Source: an uncultured Gemmatimonadaceae bacterium | Lineage (GTDB): Bacteria > Gemmatimonadota > Gemmatimonadetes > Gemmatimonadales > Gemmatimonadaceae | Direction: 5' to 3' | Assembly: GCA_963817955.1 (NCBI GenBank) | Contig: CAWFQK010000004.1 | Coordinates: forward strand, 512,001 to 576,000 | DNA length: 64,000 bases | Part shown: positions 28,012 through 38,666 of the stretch, one piece after another | Position numbering within the stretch: the stretch's first letter is position 1 | Layout: every line of letters starts with the position of its first letter | Translations under genes and position numbers: made by a program | The notes under the pieces: generated by a model | Told to the model about the DNA's origin: nothing | The model's database searches: none | Seen by the model: only the letters and a program-made list of their open reading frames with translations

Positions 28012-29955
28012 TCAGAACGTCACGCGCGCACCAATGAGCACCATGCGGCGTGGCGTCAGAAAGTTGAACACACTCTGGTATTTCACGTCGAACAGGTTCT
28101 CCACGCGAAGCGTGAGGTCGACGCCCGTTGCATCACGGATGAACGCGCCGAGCGCCAGCGACCCGCCGATGTCCGTACGCGTATACGCCGGGACGACCAC
28201 CGGCGTCGCCGGATATGGGCGGAAGTCACGATCGCTACGCGCGCCCACATGCATCATGCGGACGTCGAGACCGCCGGCAGCGCCATGGTACGCCACGCCG
28301 CTGTTCCAGCTCGTAGTGGGTCGGCGAATCAGGGGCTCGTTGCGACGATACAGGCCACCGCTCGTCGTGTCGAATCCCGGATCGAGCACCTTGGTCTCGA
28401 GATGCGTCAGGTTGGCGTCCACAACGAGGCGCGCCGTGGCAGCGAAGCTCGCCTCGAATTCACGTCCGTTGGCGGACGCACGCGCCACATTGCAGTAGCT
28501 GGCGCCGCAGGCCGTGGTCGAGCCCGTGTAGTCGATCATGTTGCGGAAGCGTTGTTCGAACTGTGTCACCCCGAGCGTGAGGCGATCCCCGAGTAGCGCC
28601 TGGCGAACGCCGACATCCCACACCGCCGAGCGCTCTGGGGAGAGCCCGGGGTTTCCGGTGACATAGCCCGTGGCGTAGTTCTCGAAGAATGTCGGCTCGC
28701 GGAATGCGGTGCCGACGGATCCGCGCACGTGCATGCCGCGGAATGCGGGCCAACTCCCGGCGAGGCGATAGGTGCCGAAACGGCCAAACCGCTCGTTCTC
28801 GTCGAGACGGGCGCCGGCGGTGACCACGATTGAATCGGGCAATGTCGAGAGCGTCTGCGCGTAGACGCCAGCGTTGTGGCGCGACGCATGGAAGACCGAG
28901 GTCGACTGAAAGGTGCCAAATACACTCTGGCTTTCCGTGCGCTGGTCCTCCTGCTCAGTCTGCGCGCCGACACTCAACACGGTGGCGGCGGGCAATTCCG
29001 CGTTGGCACGGACGTCCGCACCTCGCCGGCGTGTGTGATCGAGCGATTCGAATCCGCTTGCCGCCGGCGTATCGGGTTGATCGTCGGTGCCGCCGGAGGT
29101 GGCAGACGACGTCACGCTGAGGTGCGCGTCAAGGCGCGGCGTGAAGTAATGACCGAGTTCCACGGCGAGTGTCGTGCGATCGAGGGTGTTCTGGGCATTC
29201 GTGTCCACGACCTCCCCGCCGCTATTCGTGGGATAGTGATAGACGTCGTCACCATAGCGCAGTGACAGGCGAAGGTCCGTAGACGGGTCGAGCAGGAAGT
29301 GCATGGCGCCACTCGCCACGGTATTGTGATACGCGTTGTTGAATGCATAGATGCCGCGCGTATCGTGACGAGCCAGCGCGAACGAATAGTCGCCGCTCCC
29401 GATAGCGCCCAGCACAGTGGCGTCGGCGTCGCGTGAGCCATAGGTCCCGCCGCGCACGGAGAGGATGGTTTTCGGGGCGTCGCGGCCGCGCCGCGTGAAG
29501 ATCTGAATGACGCCGGTGACCGCATCCGCCCCATAGAGCACGCTCGCCGGGCCACGCACGATCTCGATACGTTCGACGTTATCCGTCGTGAGGCTGCCAA
29601 AATCCATCGCGCCGCCAGGGTCATTCGCCGGAACTCCATCGATCAGCACCTTGACGTACTTGCTCTCACCGCCCCGCAGAAAGAGTGCGGTGGTGCCGCC
29701 GAACGAGCCCGATTGGGCGAACGTCATGCCAGGGAGGCTCTGCAAGGCGTCCGCGAGTGACGTGACGCCGCGCAACCGCAGTTCCTCACCGGTCACGACG
29801 GATACCGTGGCGGGCGAGGACGTCGCGCTGACCGGGAGGCGCGTCGCGGTCACGACTGTTGGAGGCAACTTCGTCGTGTCGGCCTGTTGCGCGCCGAGTC
29901 GCGTTGCAGCGAGCGCCGCAACGAGCACGGCGCGGCTGATGGATAATGCGCTCAT
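28012..29955 (-). CDS. btuB: TonB-dependent receptor, probably for cobalamin
   Basis: Signal peptide; VVTATR; plug IEIVRGPASVLYG; ENLFD..Y; terminal F; in a B12-riboswitch operon. Confidence 0.8.
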   Translation of the reverse strand: MSALSISRAVLVAALAATRLGAQQADTTKLPPTVVTATRLPVSATSSPATVSVVTGEELRLRGVTSLADALQSLPGMTFAQSGSFGGTTALFLRGGESKYVKVLIDGVPANDPGGAMDFGSLTTDNVERIEIVRGPASVLYGADAVTGVIQIFTRRGRDAPKTILSVRGGTYGSRDADATVLGAIGSGDYSFALARHDTRGIYAFNNAYHNTVASGAMHFLLDPSTDLRLSLRYGDDVYHYPTNSGGEVVDTNAQNTLDRTTLAVELGHYFTPRLDAHLSVTSSATSGGTDDQPDTPAASGFESLDHTRRRGADVRANAELPAATVLSVGAQTEQEDQRTESQSVFGTFQSTSVFHASRHNAGVYAQTLSTLPDSIVVTAGARLDENERFGRFGTYRLAGSWPAFRGMHVRGSVGTAFREPTFFENYATGYVTGNPGLSPERSAVWDVGVRQALLGDRLTLGVTQFEQRFRNMIDYTGSTTACGASYCNVARASANGREFEASFAATARLVVDANLTHLETKVLDPGFDTTSGGLYRRNEPLIRRPTTSWNSGVAYHGAAGGLDVRMMHVGARSDRDFRPYPATPVVVPAYTRTDIGGSLALGAFIRDATGVDLTLRVENLFDVKYQSVFNFLTPRRMVLIGARVTF

Positions 29956-29990
29956 GAAGAAATACGACCTGTGAAGAAGTGAGGGCAGGT

Positions 29991-30773
29991 TCAGGAACGG
30001 GACCGCAGGGGCACCAGCGCCGGTGCACCGACAGCGGGATCGCGGGTAACGACCAGCGGCCAGTCGTAGACGCGCTCGAGAACATCGGCGCGCATGACGG
30101 CGTCCGGCGGCCCGGCGGCAGCCACGCTGCCGCGATGAAACAGCACCATCTGATCGGCGAAACGCGCGACAAGATTCAGTTGGTGGCTGACGAGTAGCAC
30201 GGCTTGTCCCGCGCGGGACAGCCGATGCAGGAGTTCGAAGAGTGCCATCTCATGCCCGACGTCGAGGAACGCGGTTGGTTCATCGAGGACGAGGGCTTCT
30301 CCGCCCTGCGCCAGGGCGCGCGCAAGTCTCACACGCTGCCACTCGCCGCCCGACAACGCGTCCACGCGCCTGTGTTGCAGCGCCTCAACTCCCGCCGCGC
30401 GCATGGCATCGGCAATGGCGCGCCGGTCGAGGTCACCCGCTGCATGCCAGACGCCGAGATGTGGAAATCGGCCGAGCGCTACGTACTCCGCCACGGCCAG
30501 CGGAAACGCCATGTCCTCGCGCTGCATCACCACGGCAACATGGCGCGCCAGTTCGGCGCGATCGAAACTGCCAGCATCGCGGCCATCGACGTCAATGCGT
30601 CCCCGTGCGATTGCCGCGCGTCCGATCAGCGCGCGCACGAGCGTGCTCTTGCCGCTGCCGTTCGGCCCAACGATCGCCGTGAACGCACCGCGGCGGGCCT
30701 CGAGCGAGACCCCGGTCAAGGCGTCGGATGCCGCGCGCGGATACCGAACGACGACGTCGTGAAAGCGAATCAC
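29991..30773 (-). CDS. ABC transporter ATP-binding protein (BtuD/FecE-like)
   Basis: GPNGSGKST, LSGGEWQR, LDEPT. Confidence 0.9.
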   Translation of the reverse strand: MIRFHDVVVRYPRAASDALTGVSLEARRGAFTAIVGPNGSGKSTLVRALIGRAAIARGRIDVDGRDAGSFDRAELARHVAVVMQREDMAFPLAVAEYVALGRFPHLGVWHAAGDLDRRAIADAMRAAGVEALQHRRVDALSGGEWQRVRLARALAQGGEALVLDEPTAFLDVGHEMALFELLHRLSRAGQAVLLVSHQLNLVARFADQMVLFHRGSVAAAGPPDAVMRADVLERVYDWPLVVTRDPAVGAPALVPLRSRS

Positions 30774-31741
30774 GCGAGCCGCCGCAGTTTGGTGAGAAAG
30801 AACGGGACACCGATGAGCGCGGTCACGGCGCCGAGCGGTAACTCGGCTGGTGGGCGGATCACGCGGCCGAGCAGATCGGCGAGCACGACGAGCGTAGCGC
30901 CAACGAGCGCGCTCCCGACGAGCAGCGCACGGTGACGCCGCACGCCGGCCGAGCGGACCAGGTGCGGCACGACGAGTCCCACGAACCCAACGAGCCCCGC
31001 GGCAGCAACGGTGGCGGCAGCAACGAGCGATGCGACGATGAATACCAGCCGGACCGCGCGGTCCACCTCGAGTCCCAACCCCGCTGCGGCGTCCTCGCCG
31101 AGCGACAGCACATCGATGCGTGGCCCCAGGAGCACGAGCACGCCCCCGCCGGCGACGATATAGCAGAAGAGCACCGCAACCTGCGGCCAACTCGCGTCGG
31201 CCACGGAACCCATCATCCACCAGAGCGCGTTCCGCACCGTGTTCGCTTCGACGTTCGCAAGGATGACCATGATCGCCGCGTTGGCGAACGCACCAACGAC
31301 GACACCGGCCATGAGCAGAACACGCGGGTCGCCGCGCGCGCCGGCGGCATGCGCCACGGAGAATGCGGCGAGCACCGCGAGCAGCGCCCCGGCGAACGCA
31401 GCGAACGGTAGAATACCCGCCCCAAGACCCAGCGTCGTCGCGACGACTGCGCCAACCGCCGCCCCGCCCGAAACGCCAAGCAGATACGGCTCGGCGAGTG
31501 GATTGCGCATCGTGCCCTGTAGCGCCGCTCCCGACATCCCGAGTCCGGCGCCAACCAGCGCGGCGAGGACGACGCGCGGCAGGCGCAACGTGCGGACGAC
31601 CATCGTGTGCATGGGATCGCCCGATCCGCGAATGGCATCCCACAACTCAGCGAGTGGAATGCGGATGGTGCCAAACGCGATTGCGGCAACGGACGCCGCC
31701 ACGAGGATGACCATGAGGGCCAGCCAGCGCCACCTGGACAT
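30770..31741 (-). CDS. ABC transporter permease (BtuC/FecCD family)
   Basis: RLPRV, RNPLAEP, GFVGLVVPH, ELPLG. Confidence 0.92.
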   Translation of the reverse strand: MSRWRWLALMVILVAASVAAIAFGTIRIPLAELWDAIRGSGDPMHTMVVRTLRLPRVVLAALVGAGLGMSGAALQGTMRNPLAEPYLLGVSGGAAVGAVVATTLGLGAGILPFAAFAGALLAVLAAFSVAHAAGARGDPRVLLMAGVVVGAFANAAIMVILANVEANTVRNALWWMMGSVADASWPQVAVLFCYIVAGGGVLVLLGPRIDVLSLGEDAAAGLGLEVDRAVRLVFIVASLVAAATVAAAGLVGFVGLVVPHLVRSAGVRRHRALLVGSALVGATLVVLADLLGRVIRPPAELPLGAVTALIGVPFFLTKLRRLA

Positions 31742-31743
31742 GA

Positions 31744-32646
31744 TCAGCGAACCGCGCCCGGATGGAACAGGCGCGCAAGGGCGACCGCCGACGCGCCAAG
31801 CTGTACCGACGGCCGCGTCACCTGGTCCTGATCGTACACGAGGACATGCCCCGCGCGCACTGCCGGAATGGTTTGCCAACTCGCGGTTGTACGCATTTTC
31901 AGCGGGCCGTCGCCCGCCGAGAGCACGACGTCGGGATTGCGGCGCACCACATCCTCGAGCGCGACGACGACAGAGGGTGTCTTCACCGCCGCGTAGATAT
32001 TACGCGCCCCGGCGATGTCGAGCAGCTCGCTCATGAAACTGCCGCCACCAATGGCAATGACAGGCTTCTCCCATGTGGGAACGAACACCGACGGCCGCGG
32101 CAAAGAGGCAGTCGCGCGGCGGACGCGCTCCAGTGTGGCAGAAACTGTATCGACGAGTGTCGCCGCCGCGACGGAGTCGCCGCTCAGTCGACCAAGCATC
32201 CTCGCATCACGCCGGAATTGTTCGATGCTATCGATCTTGAACGCGACGGTGCGGATACCGGCCTGGCGCAAACGGTCATACGCCGTGCGGTTGTCATCGC
32301 TTGCGTACAGGATGACGAGGTCGGGCCTGGTGCCGAGCACCGCCTCGACGTTCGGCCGCAGCGCGGGTCCCAGGCTCGCAATGCGCTTTGCGGAATCCGG
32401 GAACGTGTCGTAGTCCGAGCGACCGACGAGACGACCCATGGCGCCGATGGCGACGAGGATCTCCGTGGTCGTGGGGTTGAGCGACACGATCCGCCGCGCC
32501 GGCGTGCCAACGGAAATCGGCGTGCCAAAGTCATCGCGCGGCACATTCGCGAGCGTGCTGCGAGGCGCGGAGGCGCGACAGCTTGCGAGTGCCGAGACGA
32601 GCACGAGTACAGAACGACGGAAACGAAACACGGGCACCCTGGCCAT
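31744..32646 (-). CDS. Cobalamin-binding lipoprotein (BtuF-like)
   Basis: Lipobox LASC; RRIVSLNPTTTEIL; PNVEAVL; RNPDVV. Confidence 0.88.
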   Translation of the reverse strand: MARVPVFRFRRSVLVLVSALASCRASAPRSTLANVPRDDFGTPISVGTPARRIVSLNPTTTEILVAIGAMGRLVGRSDYDTFPDSAKRIASLGPALRPNVEAVLGTRPDLVILYASDDNRTAYDRLRQAGIRTVAFKIDSIEQFRRDARMLGRLSGDSVAAATLVDTVSATLERVRRATASLPRPSVFVPTWEKPVIAIGGGSFMSELLDIAGARNIYAAVKTPSVVVALEDVVRRNPDVVLSAGDGPLKMRTTASWQTIPAVRAGHVLVYDQDQVTRPSVQLGASAVALARLFHPGAVR

Positions 32647-32732
32647 GGAGGAGGATGCCCGCAACCCGGAAACGCACCATGCGATGTCCGTGTCGCCACC
32701 AGTCCTCCCCCGAGGATCTGTAAATGCGTGGC

Positions 32733-32884
32733 GCGAACGTGGGTCGTCTCCTGGCTTCGGGCCGCGCTGCTCGCCTTCCCGACCCTTGGTACAAGGTCAG
32801 TGGCAGTGCATGAGCAGGCGTTGATGCCCGTTACAGTGGCGGGGCCGCACCGGTATCACACCGGTTTCCGTGTCCCGCGTTCGC
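32733..32884 (-). ncRNA. Cobalamin riboswitch
   Basis: GGAAACCGGTG...CCGGTGCGGCCCCGCCACTGT, GCCACTG...GGGAAGGC, AGCCAGGAGAC; closing stem GCGAACGCGGG/CCCACGTTCGC; upstream of btu-like genes. Confidence 0.93.
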
Positions 32885-32904
32885 AATCAATTGTGAACGC
32901 GAAT

Positions 32905-34026
32905 CTATGATGACCGGCGCTCCGCAGCAAGCACATCGCGCAATTCAGCCTTGAGCGCGGCACGTTTCGACTCGTAGTCGGCGCGCTGGACATCGTCGGC
33001 AGGCGACGACTGCTCGAATGCCTCGTCGAGCACGGCGATCTCCTGAAGCAGTACCCGGGAGCGCCCCCCGCCCGTCATGCGCGATGGGCGCGCGCCGCCT
33101 GGCATTGCCCGTCGCCAGGCAAACACGAGGGCGATGATCATGGCGAGCAGCAGCACACCAGCCACCCCAACGTAGATCTTCTCACGCTCAGCGCCGGCAA
33201 TACGCGGCACTTCGACACGAATCACCGCATTGGCTGGAACGTCCTGGCCGAGAAAGCGGCGAAAGGTGCGACCTTCGGTGCTCACCGGTGCCATTTCCCG
33301 CAGCTTGGGCCCCACAACGCGCGCAGTCGGCTCCTGCACCAACACCTCGAGCACGCCGATCGGACGCTCGGCGGGCAGACTGAGCGGAAATGCGCTCGCC
33401 GGCAATTCGTAGGTGAACGCAAACTGCCGAATACCCGGGCTCAGCGGGACATACAACCCGACAGTCGATCCGCTGCGTGAAACCGCGCCAGCTGCGATAT
33501 CCCCGTTCGTATTGAGCTGAAAGTTCACGGCTGCGTCAGGCAGATGCGCCCGCCAGACGGGCGTCGTGCTGTCGTGCGCAATGAGCGTCACGGTGGAATC
33601 GTTCTCGAGATCGTACACTTCCCCAATCGGGCGGCGGCCATTTGCGTTCGGCACACCGACGATCAAGTGTCGCCCGCCGAGCTTGATGGCGACCGGCCCC
33701 GACGTCGTATCGAAGACCGTAAGCGTCGCATCGCCGGTTCCGACGACGGGCGCCAGCAGCGGCGGCGTGAAATACGCGACACCGCCGTACGACGTGGACA
33801 CGAAGTAGATGGCGGTCGAGTCACCCGAGGACCGATAGCGAATCGTGAAGTGGCCGTCGCCGCCAGTACGTGTCGAATCGAGTGGGCCGGCGTGATCCGG
33901 CCCGACGCGATGCAATACGACCCAATGATTCGCAACCGGCTGCGTGCCGCCGCGAGTGCCGCGCAGGACGAGACCGTCCACGCGCCGCGGCGGGCCGGAC
34001 GGAGGACCTTGTTGGAACAGACTCAC
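32905..34026 (-). CDS. Membrane-anchored hypothetical protein with a beta-rich N-terminal domain
   Basis: GTG overlaps the upstream stop; C-terminal TM plus LLQEIAVLDEAFE...YESKRAALK. Confidence 0.75.
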   Translation of the reverse strand: MSLFQQGPPSGPPRRVDGLVLRGTRGGTQPVANHWVVLHRVGPDHAGPLDSTRTGGDGHFTIRYRSSGDSTAIYFVSTSYGGVAYFTPPLLAPVVGTGDATLTVFDTTSGPVAIKLGGRHLIVGVPNANGRRPIGEVYDLENDSTVTLIAHDSTTPVWRAHLPDAAVNFQLNTNGDIAAGAVSRSGSTVGLYVPLSPGIRQFAFTYELPASAFPLSLPAERPIGVLEVLVQEPTARVVGPKLREMAPVSTEGRTFRRFLGQDVPANAVIRVEVPRIAGAEREKIYVGVAGVLLLAMIIALVFAWRRAMPGGARPSRMTGGGRSRVLLQEIAVLDEAFEQSSPADDVQRADYESKRAALKAELRDVLAAERRSS

Positions 34027-34556
34027 AAATTGAACTTTCCGAAATCCTCGGGACGCAGGTGCTCGAGAAACTCCTTGAGCTGCTCCGCCGTCAACTCGGA
34101 GCCTTCGCGCGGCGCGCTCGGCGTCTCGGGCGCGCTGAAACTGTCGCTGCTCCCTTCCTCTTCCTGTTCGTCGGGGACCATGAGGAGCGCTTCGGCGGCG
34201 AAGATGGGCGCGCCCAGGCGCAGGGCAATGGCGATGGCGTCTGACGGACGCGAGTCGATCTGCACGATCTTGGCGTCGCGTTCGATGTGCAGCTCGCCGT
34301 AATACGTGTTGTTCTCGACGCGCGTGATCTGCACGCGCCGCAGCGTGCCGCCCATGCCGACGATGATGCTCTTGCACAGGTCGTGCGTCAGCGGGCGCAT
34401 ACGTTTCATGTTGTGCATGTGCATGACGATCGACTCGGCTTCCGTCTGGCCGATCCAGATGGGGAGCAGCTGCGGCCCGTCCTTTTCCTGGAGCACGACG
34501 ACATACGTCTGTGATCCCGGATCCATGCCGAGGCGCGACACGACGACTTCAATCAT
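34023..34556 (-). CDS. Bifunctional nuclease family (DUF151) protein
   Basis: LPIWIG..EA, RPLTHDL, IDSRPSDAIAIAL. Confidence 0.93.
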   Translation of the reverse strand: MIEVVVSRLGMDPGSQTYVVVLQEKDGPQLLPIWIGQTEAESIVMHMHNMKRMRPLTHDLCKSIIVGMGGTLRRVQITRVENNTYYGELHIERDAKIVQIDSRPSDAIAIALRLGAPIFAAEALLMVPDEQEEEGSSDSFSAPETPSAPREGSELTAEQLKEFLEHLRPEDFGKFNL

Positions 34557-34572
34557 TCCACATCACGCGGGT

Positions 34573-35745
34573 TCAGGGGACCGAACGCGCAAGGGCCGCG
34601 GCACGATCGGTCCGCTCCCAGGAAAACAGCGTCATGGCGTTCTTACCCCGTCCGATCTTCTTTGGCTCCCGGCCGAAGTGCCCGTAGGCCGATGTGGCGC
34701 TGTAGATCGGCTTGCGCAAATCGAGGGCCTCGATGATCCCACGCGGTGTAAGGTCGAATTCGTCTCGCACGGCACGCATGATACTCGCTTCCGGCACGGC
34801 GGACGTCCCGAACGTATCGACCATGACTGACACCGGCTCGGCGACTCCAATGGCATAGGCGAGCTGCACCTCGCAGCGACTCGCGAGCTTGGCGGCTACG
34901 ATGTTCTTTGCGACCCACCGAGCCGCGTAACAGGCCGAGCGATCGACCTTGGACGGATCCTTACCGCTGAACGCGCCGCCGCCGTGACGTCCCATGCCGC
35001 CATAGGTATCGACGATGATTTTGCGGCCCGTGAGGCCGGCATCGCCCTGCGGACCACCAATGACGAATCGTCCTGTGGGATTGATGTGATATCGCGCTTT
35101 CTTCTGCCGAAGCTCTTCGGGAATCGTGGGCTCGATGATGCTCTCGATGATCTCGCTGCGCATGCGACGCGACGAAACGCCGGGGTCGTGTTGGGCCGAA
35201 ACGACGACCGTATCGACCGCGATCGGTCGTCGGTCCTCGTACAACACGGTCACTTGCGCCTTGCCGTCGGGCCGCAGCCAATCGATGTCGCCGCTCTTTC
35301 GACGCGCCGCGAGAGTCGCAGTGAGCCGGTGGGCGAGCAGAATCGGCAGTGGCATCAACTCATCGGTCTCGTCCGTAGCGTAACCGAACATCATGCCCTG
35401 ATCACCAGCGCCCCCCGTGTCGACACCCATCGCGATGTCTGGCGACTGCCGATCGATCGTGCTCAGGACGGCGCATGTCGTGCCGTCGAATCCGTACTCT
35501 GGGTTCGTATAGCCGATGCGCTGGATAGTCGCACGTACGATGTCGGGCACATGCACGTAGGTCGTCGTCGTGATCTCACCCGCGACGCAAGCAAGGCCCG
35601 TCGTCACCAACGTCTCGCATGCGACGCGCGCACGGGGATCGTCCGTCAGAATCGCATCAAGAACGGCATCAGAGATGGCATCGGCGACTTTGTCGGGATG
35701 CCCCTCGGTCACGGACTCGGAGGTGAACAGGTGGCGATCGTACAC
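34573..35745 (-). CDS. metK: S-adenosylmethionine synthetase
   Basis: [28 protein letters not shown]. Confidence 0.97.
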   Translation of the reverse strand: MYDRHLFTSESVTEGHPDKVADAISDAVLDAILTDDPRARVACETLVTTGLACVAGEITTTTYVHVPDIVRATIQRIGYTNPEYGFDGTTCAVLSTIDRQSPDIAMGVDTGGAGDQGMMFGYATDETDELMPLPILLAHRLTATLAARRKSGDIDWLRPDGKAQVTVLYEDRRPIAVDTVVVSAQHDPGVSSRRMRSEIIESIIEPTIPEELRQKKARYHINPTGRFVIGGPQGDAGLTGRKIIVDTYGGMGRHGGGAFSGKDPSKVDRSACYAARWVAKNIVAAKLASRCEVQLAYAIGVAEPVSVMVDTFGTSAVPEASIMRAVRDEFDLTPRGIIEALDLRKPIYSATSAYGHFGREPKKIGRGKNAMTLFSWERTDRAAALARSVP

Positions 35746-35847
35746 GGTGCGTTGGACGATAGGCGATGAGAAACCCGGCAGCAGGCTTGAAAGCTCGCCC
35801 TGAGTCACGCCGCACTCAACCCTCAACCGCCGATCGCTCGCCTCGCA

Positions 35848-37618
35848 CTATCCGGCCGACAGGCGCTCGCCGAGAAAGGACTCGCTGCCCAGCACACCCA
35901 CCAAGTGACGACGAAGCACTGTTTCCGCGTCCGCTGCCGTATCAGTCCGCAGCGCCGCCTGCGCCGCCGCCTCGGCGACCGCCACGGAAATGCCGCGCAC
36001 GATCCGCTTGACGAGTGGCACGGAACGCGGCGAGACACTCAGCTGTCGCACGCCAAGTCCGATGAGCGCCGCAGCCATCAACGGCTGCGACGCCATTTCT
36101 CCGCAGACCGCCACGTCCAGTCCGTGCGCGTCTGCCGTGGCGATAGTGCGGCGGATGAGCTCGAGAACCGCGGGGTGCAGCGGAGTGAACCGCGACGCCA
36201 AATTGGCGTTGCCCCGGTCGACGGCAAGCGTGTACTGCACCAGGTCGTTGGTGCCAATGCTGAAGAACGCGACGTCGTTCACGAACGTCTCAGCCGCAAC
36301 CGCCGCAGCGGGCGTCTCGATCATCATGCCGAGGGGCACATCACGTCGAAACGCCACGCCGCGCGCGCGCAGCTCGCGCGCCGCCTGATCGAGCAGAGCG
36401 CGTGCGTGCCGCACTTCCTCCACCGTGACGATGAGGGGCAACATGATGCGGATATCGCCGTGTACCGCAGCGCGGAGGATGGCGCGCAACTGCACGCCGA
36501 AGAGGTCCGGCTGATCGAGGCACATTCGGATAGCGCGCCAACCGAGGAACGGGTTCGCCTCTGTTGGAAATCCGCCAACGGGCAGCTTGTCCCCGCCGAT
36601 GTCGAATGTGCGAATGATGACGGGGCGGCCGCCGAATGCCTGCGCCACGCGACTATAGGCGCGGTACTGCTCTTCCTCCTCGGGCATTGACGCGCGACCG
36701 ACGACGAGAAACTCCGTGCGCATCAGCCCCACACCTTCTGCGCCGCTGGTCGCCGCGAGTTCCGCCTCCTCGGGAAGATCAACGTTCGCGCGCAGCGTAA
36801 TGTGGACGCCGTCCGTGGTGCGCGCCTCGACGCCGGCTAACTGGCGCAGGTCCTCTTCGGCGATCTTCTCCTGCCGCGCGCGCTCGCGGTACGCCGCGAT
36901 GTCGTTGTGCGAGGGATTGATCGCCAGCAAGCCGGTCGAACCATCGAGAATGGCCGTCTCACGGCCACGGAGCTGCTGCGTGGCGTCGCGCAGTCCAACG
37001 ATAGCTGGCAGGCCGAGCGACCGCGCCAGGATGGCCACATGTGACGTGCGCGTGCCCGCATCGGTCGCGATGCCTGCGATAGCGTCGCGATCCAGCTGCA
37101 CCGTGAGACTCGGCGTCAGGTCATGGGTCACGAGAATGGCATTCGCACCCTTTGGCAGATCCACCGGGTCGTGATCCGGCAAATCGAGCAGGAGCAAGAG
37201 CACTCGGATCTGCAACGTCCTTGAGATCGCCAACGCGCTCGCGGAGCATCGGCTGCGCGGCGCGACCGAATTTCTGTCCCCATTCGAGCATCACGATCTC
37301 GAATGCCTTCTCTGCGCCGAGATTCTGGCGAATGAGATCTTCGACCGCGGAGATCAGCTCCGAATCCTCGAGAATCGATGCCTGGACATCGAAGATCGCC
37401 GCCTCCTCCGGACCCGCTGAATGTTCGACGCGACCGCGAATCTGGCGAAGACGCTCTTTGGCGCGGTCGAACGCCTGATGCAAGCGCCGCATCTCACCGG
37501 GAATGGCATCGTCGGGAATGATCCGATGGCGGACTTCGGGCAGCTCCCATCGCAGGAGATGCACCGTGCCGACAGCAATACCGGGTGAGGCGGGAACGCC
37601 GAGGAGCTTTCGATCCAC
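35848..37618 (-). CDS. ptsI: PTS enzyme I, one apparent +1 frameshift near 37214
   Basis: GVPASPGIAVG...RERVGDLKDV continues in another frame with TSHVAILARS, EANPFLGWRAIR, FSIGTNDL, CGEMA. Confidence 0.93.
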
Positions 37619-37885
37619 TCAGCTCTCTCCGAATTTATTTCGCACGAGTGTCGCGAGGGCATCGAGGGCCATCTCGGCATCGGGGCCCTCAGCCCGAAAG
37701 GTAATCGATGAGCCAGGCTCGGCCGCAAGCATCATCACCCCCATGATGCTCTTGCCGTTCACGTCGAGATCGTCTTTAAGAATCGTGATTTCGCACTGAA
37801 ACTTCGCTGCCAACTTCACAATTTCAGCTGCGGGCCGGGCGTGCAGGCCGTTTCGATTGACGATCTGAACGGTCCGTTCAGGCAT
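37619..37885 (-). CDS. ptsH: Phosphocarrier protein HPr
   Basis: GLHARPAA (His15), GKSIMGVM (Ser46). Confidence 0.96.
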   Translation of the reverse strand: MPERTVQIVNRNGLHARPAAEIVKLAAKFQCEITILKDDLDVNGKSIMGVMMLAAEPGSSITFRAEGPDAEMALDALATLVRNKFGES

Positions 37886-38666
37886 GAGCGATCACCGAGA
37901 GGAGGGCGAAGCCAGCAAGTACCACGAGCGAGAGCCGCCACCCTTCGACACGGCCCTGCAGGCGAACGATGAGAAATGCCGCGAGCGCGACGCCAAGGAG
38001 GACGCCACCCATGAGGCTGCGCCCGGGCCCGATGATCCGGCCGAGCGCGAGCGGAATTCCAATGCCGGCCGCGAGCGCCGCCATCCGGCCGATCTCTCTC
38101 GGGCCGCGTCGGAGCACGGGATTGCCGAGCGCCAACGCGACGCGCAACCCGTGGTTCCATCCGGTATTGAGCCCCCAGAGTCGCAACGCGAAATGTCCGG
38201 CGTTGTACACGATGAGGAAAGAGCCCACTACCGTCGCCGGGCCTGCACCGAGTCCAAACAACGCCAGGGCCGCAAGGGAGCAGAACGGCAGCCACCCCGC
38301 CCACACGAGCCGATCGCCGACGCTGCCGAGCGGTCCACAGAGGGCCGTTCGAAAACGCTCAATCCGCTCGGGCGGTTCGCCGTCCAGCTCCACACGGGCC
38401 AACGCACCGACGGCGACCGCAGCGAGATACGGATGGGCGTTGAAATATCGACTTTCGCGAGCCAGCGCGGCATGGAAGGCCGGCGAATGCATGCCACCCG
38501 GCAACCGGTGCAGCGCAGGTTCGATGCAGAACCCGATGCCGTTGCCGAGCATGGTTTCGTAATTCCAGGCGCCTTGAATGGCCAGCAACCGAATGAAGAT
38601 CGCGATCCGCGTCCGGAGCGGGAGTTCCGACGCACGCGCAATGGTGGGAGCGGTCATTTCGCTCAT
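37878..38666 (-). CDS. PTS mannose/fructose/sorbose family IID
   Basis: QGAWNYETM, YFNAHPY, GPLGSVGD. Confidence 0.9.
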   Translation of the reverse strand: MSEMTAPTIARASELPLRTRIAIFIRLLAIQGAWNYETMLGNGIGFCIEPALHRLPGGMHSPAFHAALARESRYFNAHPYLAAVAVGALARVELDGEPPERIERFRTALCGPLGSVGDRLVWAGWLPFCSLAALALFGLGAGPATVVGSFLIVYNAGHFALRLWGLNTGWNHGLRVALALGNPVLRRGPREIGRMAALAAGIGIPLALGRIIGPGRSLMGGVLLGVALAAFLIVRLQGRVEGWRLSLVVLAGFALLSVIAHA

